A program made the translations under genes and the position numbers. From the IMG/VR virus record IMGVR_UViG_3300024251_000148, positions 1 through 37,050 of that record: DNA of 37,050 nucleotides. One strand, given 5' to 3'. Source of the stretch: a virus (Duplodnaviria; Caudoviricetes). This document shows positions 34,154-37,050 of the stretch, piece by piece; positions within the stretch are counted from its first letter, which is position 1, and each line of letters opens with the position of its first letter. The notes beneath the pieces were generated by a model. It saw nothing but the letters and a program-made list of their open reading frames with translations, did no database searches and had not been told where the DNA came from.

Positions 34154-34374
34154 AGGAGAAACCAAAACTTGAGTTCGAGGTTGATTTTGATACACAAAAA
34201 CCTCAGATGTACCCAATGGGTCGTTTGTGCGTCGGACTTAGTGACGGGATGATTCGCGTCTTTCTCATGCCAGATGGCTTACACTATATGATTCCAAAAA
34301 CAGGAATGGGACGTTTTCTTCACATTTATGATGACCAAGAGGATATGGTATTTGCGGGAGGAACAAAGGAATGA
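34150..34374 (+). CDS. Hypothetical protein
   Basis: ATGA coupling at both ends. Confidence 0.7.
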   Translation: MKEKPKLEFEVDFDTQKPQMYPMGRLCVGLSDGMIRVFLMPDGLHYMIPKTGMGRFLHIYDDQEDMVFAGGTKE

Positions 34375-34700
34375 AAGTAGAAGAGATGATCGGCGCTTCT
34401 TCGCACGAACTTAAGTGGGCTCCCCGAGATAACATCGGTAACATCCTAAGAAAAGACGATGTCGTTATCGTCGGGATGAATCCCCTAACTGGCTATATCT
34501 ATGGGAGAGTTACGGACGTTAAGATTGGAGGAATCGACACTCCGGAAGGCAAATCCCCTACGATGATCTCGATCCTAGTCGGCATTACGCTACCGACAGG
34601 ACCGGGTGCGCCACTCAAGCAACTCTCTAAAGTAACGAACCCGGTCTCTGAACTCCTCGCCGCTCAACTAGCGACGAAGGCTAATGCTACTTCTTCTTAG
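34371..34700 (+). CDS. Hypothetical protein
   Basis: GGAGG RBS; DNIGNILRKDDVV SH3-like start; last gene of the plus arm. Confidence 0.7.
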   Translation: MKVEEMIGASSHELKWAPRDNIGNILRKDDVVIVGMNPLTGYIYGRVTDVKIGGIDTPEGKSPTMISILVGITLPTGPGAPLKQLSKVTNPVSELLAAQLATKANATSS

Positions 34701-34857
34701 CTCCCTTCGGAGCCTTCAGGCTATCTGTTTTCTTCCCCGAGGTAGCGGAAGAGCCTCCCGAGTAGATAGGGGACGAGCCCTGGTGACAGCTGGGGCTCTT
34801 CTCCAGTGTATCTAGGTGGGATTTTACTTCGCTTGGTGACATGTCATTTGCGGCCAT
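34687..34857 (-). CDS. Small Ser/Lys-rich protein (56 aa), last gene of the minus-strand operon
   Basis: Not in the ORF track. AAGGAG RBS; MAANDMSPSEVKSHL...KAPKGAKKK; overlaps the convergent gene by 14 nt. Confidence 0.65.
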   Translation of the reverse strand: MAANDMSPSEVKSHLDTLEKSPSCHQGSSPIYSGGSSATSGKKTDSLKAPKGAKKK

Positions 34858-34891
34858 TTGTTTCTCCTTTGTTATCTCCAGTGGTAGCTAC

Positions 34892-37050
34892 TCACTGGGA
34901 ACCTTTTTTCCCTCTCAAAGATTTCTCCATCGCCTGCGTTGTGAGGAATTTAAGAGCCTCGACATACTCCTCGGTTTGATTCGGATGCGCTCGACGCCAC
35001 TTCATAACGGCAGACAAGCCAATCTTATCCCTCTCTTTTAGTATGTCCTCCAACTCGGGGATACCCATTGCGTTGACATCTACGTTGCTCGCGATAGCGC
35101 GTTGCTGCGCCTCCTCGGTTTCTTTCTGCTTATTCCGCCTAGCGGCCTCCTCCAACTCGGCCTTGTTCTCCGCTTGCTTAGCAAGCTCCCCGCGACGCCC
35201 TTCACTATGCTCTCCCTCCGCAACTGGCTTGAGGTACTTTTCGAAATCGCCGTCGGGAAACTTTTTTCTGAGTCCAGCGATAACGTCACTGGAAGTGGGC
35301 TCTTTGCCTTGTGCGGCGAGTTCCCGATAAACCTCCTTCGCCTTCTGTTGCCACACTGCTCTCGCCTGGTTCGTCCGCTCAGCGATAATAGTCTCCGCCT
35401 TCGCTGAGGCTTCTCCATGCGTGAGGCCGGGAGTTGCACGCTTTAGGCGTTCTGTGAGAGCGCGTTGGCCACTGGCGAGCTTCGTTGCCTCCCCATAGCC
35501 GATACCGGGATTTTGGCGTTGCATTGCGGTTGCGCTTACTTTTTGTGGGCGCGGTGTTGTAGGGGTGCTGGCCGGGGCAGCGGCTGGCGGTGTAGGGCTT
35601 TCTTTGGGCGGTTGGGCACTGGGGGCTGGCGCCGCACTTTGTTGCGGCTGTGGGGCTGGCGCGGGCAATTGTTTTTGTTGGGGTGCCGTCGGCTGAGGCT
35701 GCGCCTGCGGTAGCTGAGCAGGTGCTTGTGGCAACTGAGGCGTAGGCGGAGGCGTATTCCCACTCGGCGTCCCAGTTCGAAAAGATGAGAAATCCCCAAC
35801 GGACACTGGCATCTTATCCGGAAGCTCCCGAGCATCCATTATCGTCTTGATGATATCGGGATTTAGTTTTAGTGTTCGAGCAATATTTACCAAGCTACTC
35901 GACGCCAATCCGAACGCAAATCCGATACCAGCGGAGGGAAGATATCCAAGTCCCGCAGCGCGACCAGCAATCATGCCAGCAGCGCCGAGCGGCGTCCCGT
36001 ATGCGATCCTAAATATGGAGCCCATCTTAGTCTCTGCTTTGGCTATCTTCGCGGCGTCGGCCATATACCGATGAACCTGTACTCGATCGAGCCCATACTT
36101 CGCAAGATTCTTAGTAAGCTCTCCCGTAACGGCGGTATCCTTTGAGAGTATGTTCGCTACATCTCCCCCCGTAGGAGCGTTGATAATCTTGTCCGTCAGA
36201 TCCCCAAACTCGTTCATGTACTTGGTTTCTAGCCTGTTATAGTGATTCCAACTATTCTCCATCTTCGCCTTTTTGGCGACACTGGCGAGTTGCTTTGTCA
36301 GGGAGTTGCGGACATCATATATTACTTTCGCCTGCGGACCTGTGACACTCTTCTGCGCTCTTCCCAGATTGCTACGCAGTTGCTTTACTTTCTCGAATGT
36401 CCACTGTCCCGGAGGCGTAGCCAATGCATCTTGGTATGCCTGTTTGAGCGCCGGGTGCATGTTGTCATTCGTTTTTACTTCTTGATCAAAAGCCTGCTTT
36501 ATCTTTGCTGCTTCGGCAGTTGCGTCGATAACTCCTGTTGGGACGTTCTTGTCGATCTGATCTGATAGTGCTTTGGCATGTTTAACGACCTCAGCATGGA
36601 CCGAATCCGCCGCTTTCTTGAATTGCCCCTGGATATCAATACCCTTTGCATGGCGATAGCTCTTTCTTAAATCAGACATTAGTTGGAATGGTCTGTATTT
36701 AGAATCGCTGACGGTTCGAGCAGCGCGGATGGCTTCGCCTATTTGATCTGGAGCTAAACCGGCGGACTTCCCCAACTCCGCTGTCATCTTTATTCCGCCA
36801 TCCACGACCATTGCTGCGTTCGCTAGTTTCTGGCCGAACTTCACCGGATCGGCTGCCGCCTCGGGGTGGAGGGTAAGCAAATTTTTAATGCCCGAGGCAA
36901 TGTCGGAACCAGCCTCCCCAATCGCAGAGCCCGCACCTTTGATATCCGATCCTACTCGGGCTGCGCGGCTAGCGAAGTCCTCTTTATCCGTAGGGTCAAT
37001 CGCCGAGACTACGTCATGCAATAGCTTATATCCCCCCGCGGCGCCTCCTA
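34892..37050 (-). CDS. Large Ala/Lys-rich helical protein, probable internal virion (ejection) protein, 5' partial
   Basis: The frame is open to the window edge. Gly/Ala-rich hydrophobic stretch (GAAGMIAGRAAGLG...FAFGLA) and a P/Q-rich linker. Confidence 0.65.
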   Translation of the reverse strand, partial: GGAAGGYKLLHDVVSAIDPTDKEDFASRAARVGSDIKGAGSAIGEAGSDIASGIKNLLTLHPEAAADPVKFGQKLANAAMVVDGGIKMTAELGKSAGLAPDQIGEAIRAARTVSDSKYRPFQLMSDLRKSYRHAKGIDIQGQFKKAADSVHAEVVKHAKALSDQIDKNVPTGVIDATAEAAKIKQAFDQEVKTNDNMHPALKQAYQDALATPPGQWTFEKVKQLRSNLGRAQKSVTGPQAKVIYDVRNSLTKQLASVAKKAKMENSWNHYNRLETKYMNEFGDLTDKIINAPTGGDVANILSKDTAVTGELTKNLAKYGLDRVQVHRYMADAAKIAKAETKMGSIFRIAYGTPLGAAGMIAGRAAGLGYLPSAGIGFAFGLASSSLVNIARTLKLNPDIIKTIMDARELPDKMPVSVGDFSSFRTGTPSGNTPPPTPQLPQAPAQLPQAQPQPTAPQQKQLPAPAPQPQQSAAPAPSAQPPKESPTPPAAAPASTPTTPRPQKVSATAMQRQNPGIGYGEATKLASGQRALTERLKRATPGLTHGEASAKAETIIAERTNQARAVWQQKAKEVYRELAAQGKEPTSSDVIAGLRKKFPDGDFEKYLKPVAEGEHSEGRRGELAKQAENKAELEEAARRNKQKETEEAQQRAIASNVDVNAMGIPELEDILKERDKIGLSAVMKWRRAHPNQTEEYVEALKFLTTQAMEKSLRGKKGSQ

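Noticed and set aside
1-37050. Stop-codon reassignment
   Set aside because: TAA, TAG and TGA all end genes at tightly coupled junctions, and long genes are intact in the standard code.

Overview
The window is most of a tailed dsDNA phage genome (Caudoviricetes, probably podovirus-like). The host is inferred, not shown, to be a diderm such as an Acidobacterium. It has two divergent arms. The minus-strand late arm (13516 down to 1) runs terS, terL, three small membrane/holin-like genes, portal, scaffold, head accessory genes and major capsid protein. It continues through virion proteins into four consecutive genes with Sec signal peptides: a tail-fibre-like protein, a GH-A clan glycoside hydrolase, an FN3 protein and an Ig-like protein. 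The plus-strand early/replication arm (about 13860-34700) lies entirely in the window. It holds many small Zn-finger and membrane genes, RHH regulators, a J-domain/VWA/FtsK trio, a Cas4-like nuclease, a Sak4-like ATPase, an SSB, a ParB-DNA methyltransferase fusion, a UDG-PolA fusion, a DUF3987-like P-loop protein and GroES. The right end is the minus-strand 3' part of a large virion/ejection-type protein, consistent with the late operon wrapping round a circular or permuted genome. The most notable observations are: (1) secreted, cysteine-paired proteins inside the virion module; (2) a -1 frame break in the portal at an A_AAG site followed by a hairpin; (3) long inverted repeats and Y-shaped RNA folds, one enclosing a whole small gene and several hiding ribosome binding sites; (4) a PolA with divergent motifs and no recognisable primase; (5) a nested overlapping gene. 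All protein calls come from recognising motifs by eye; no searches were run.
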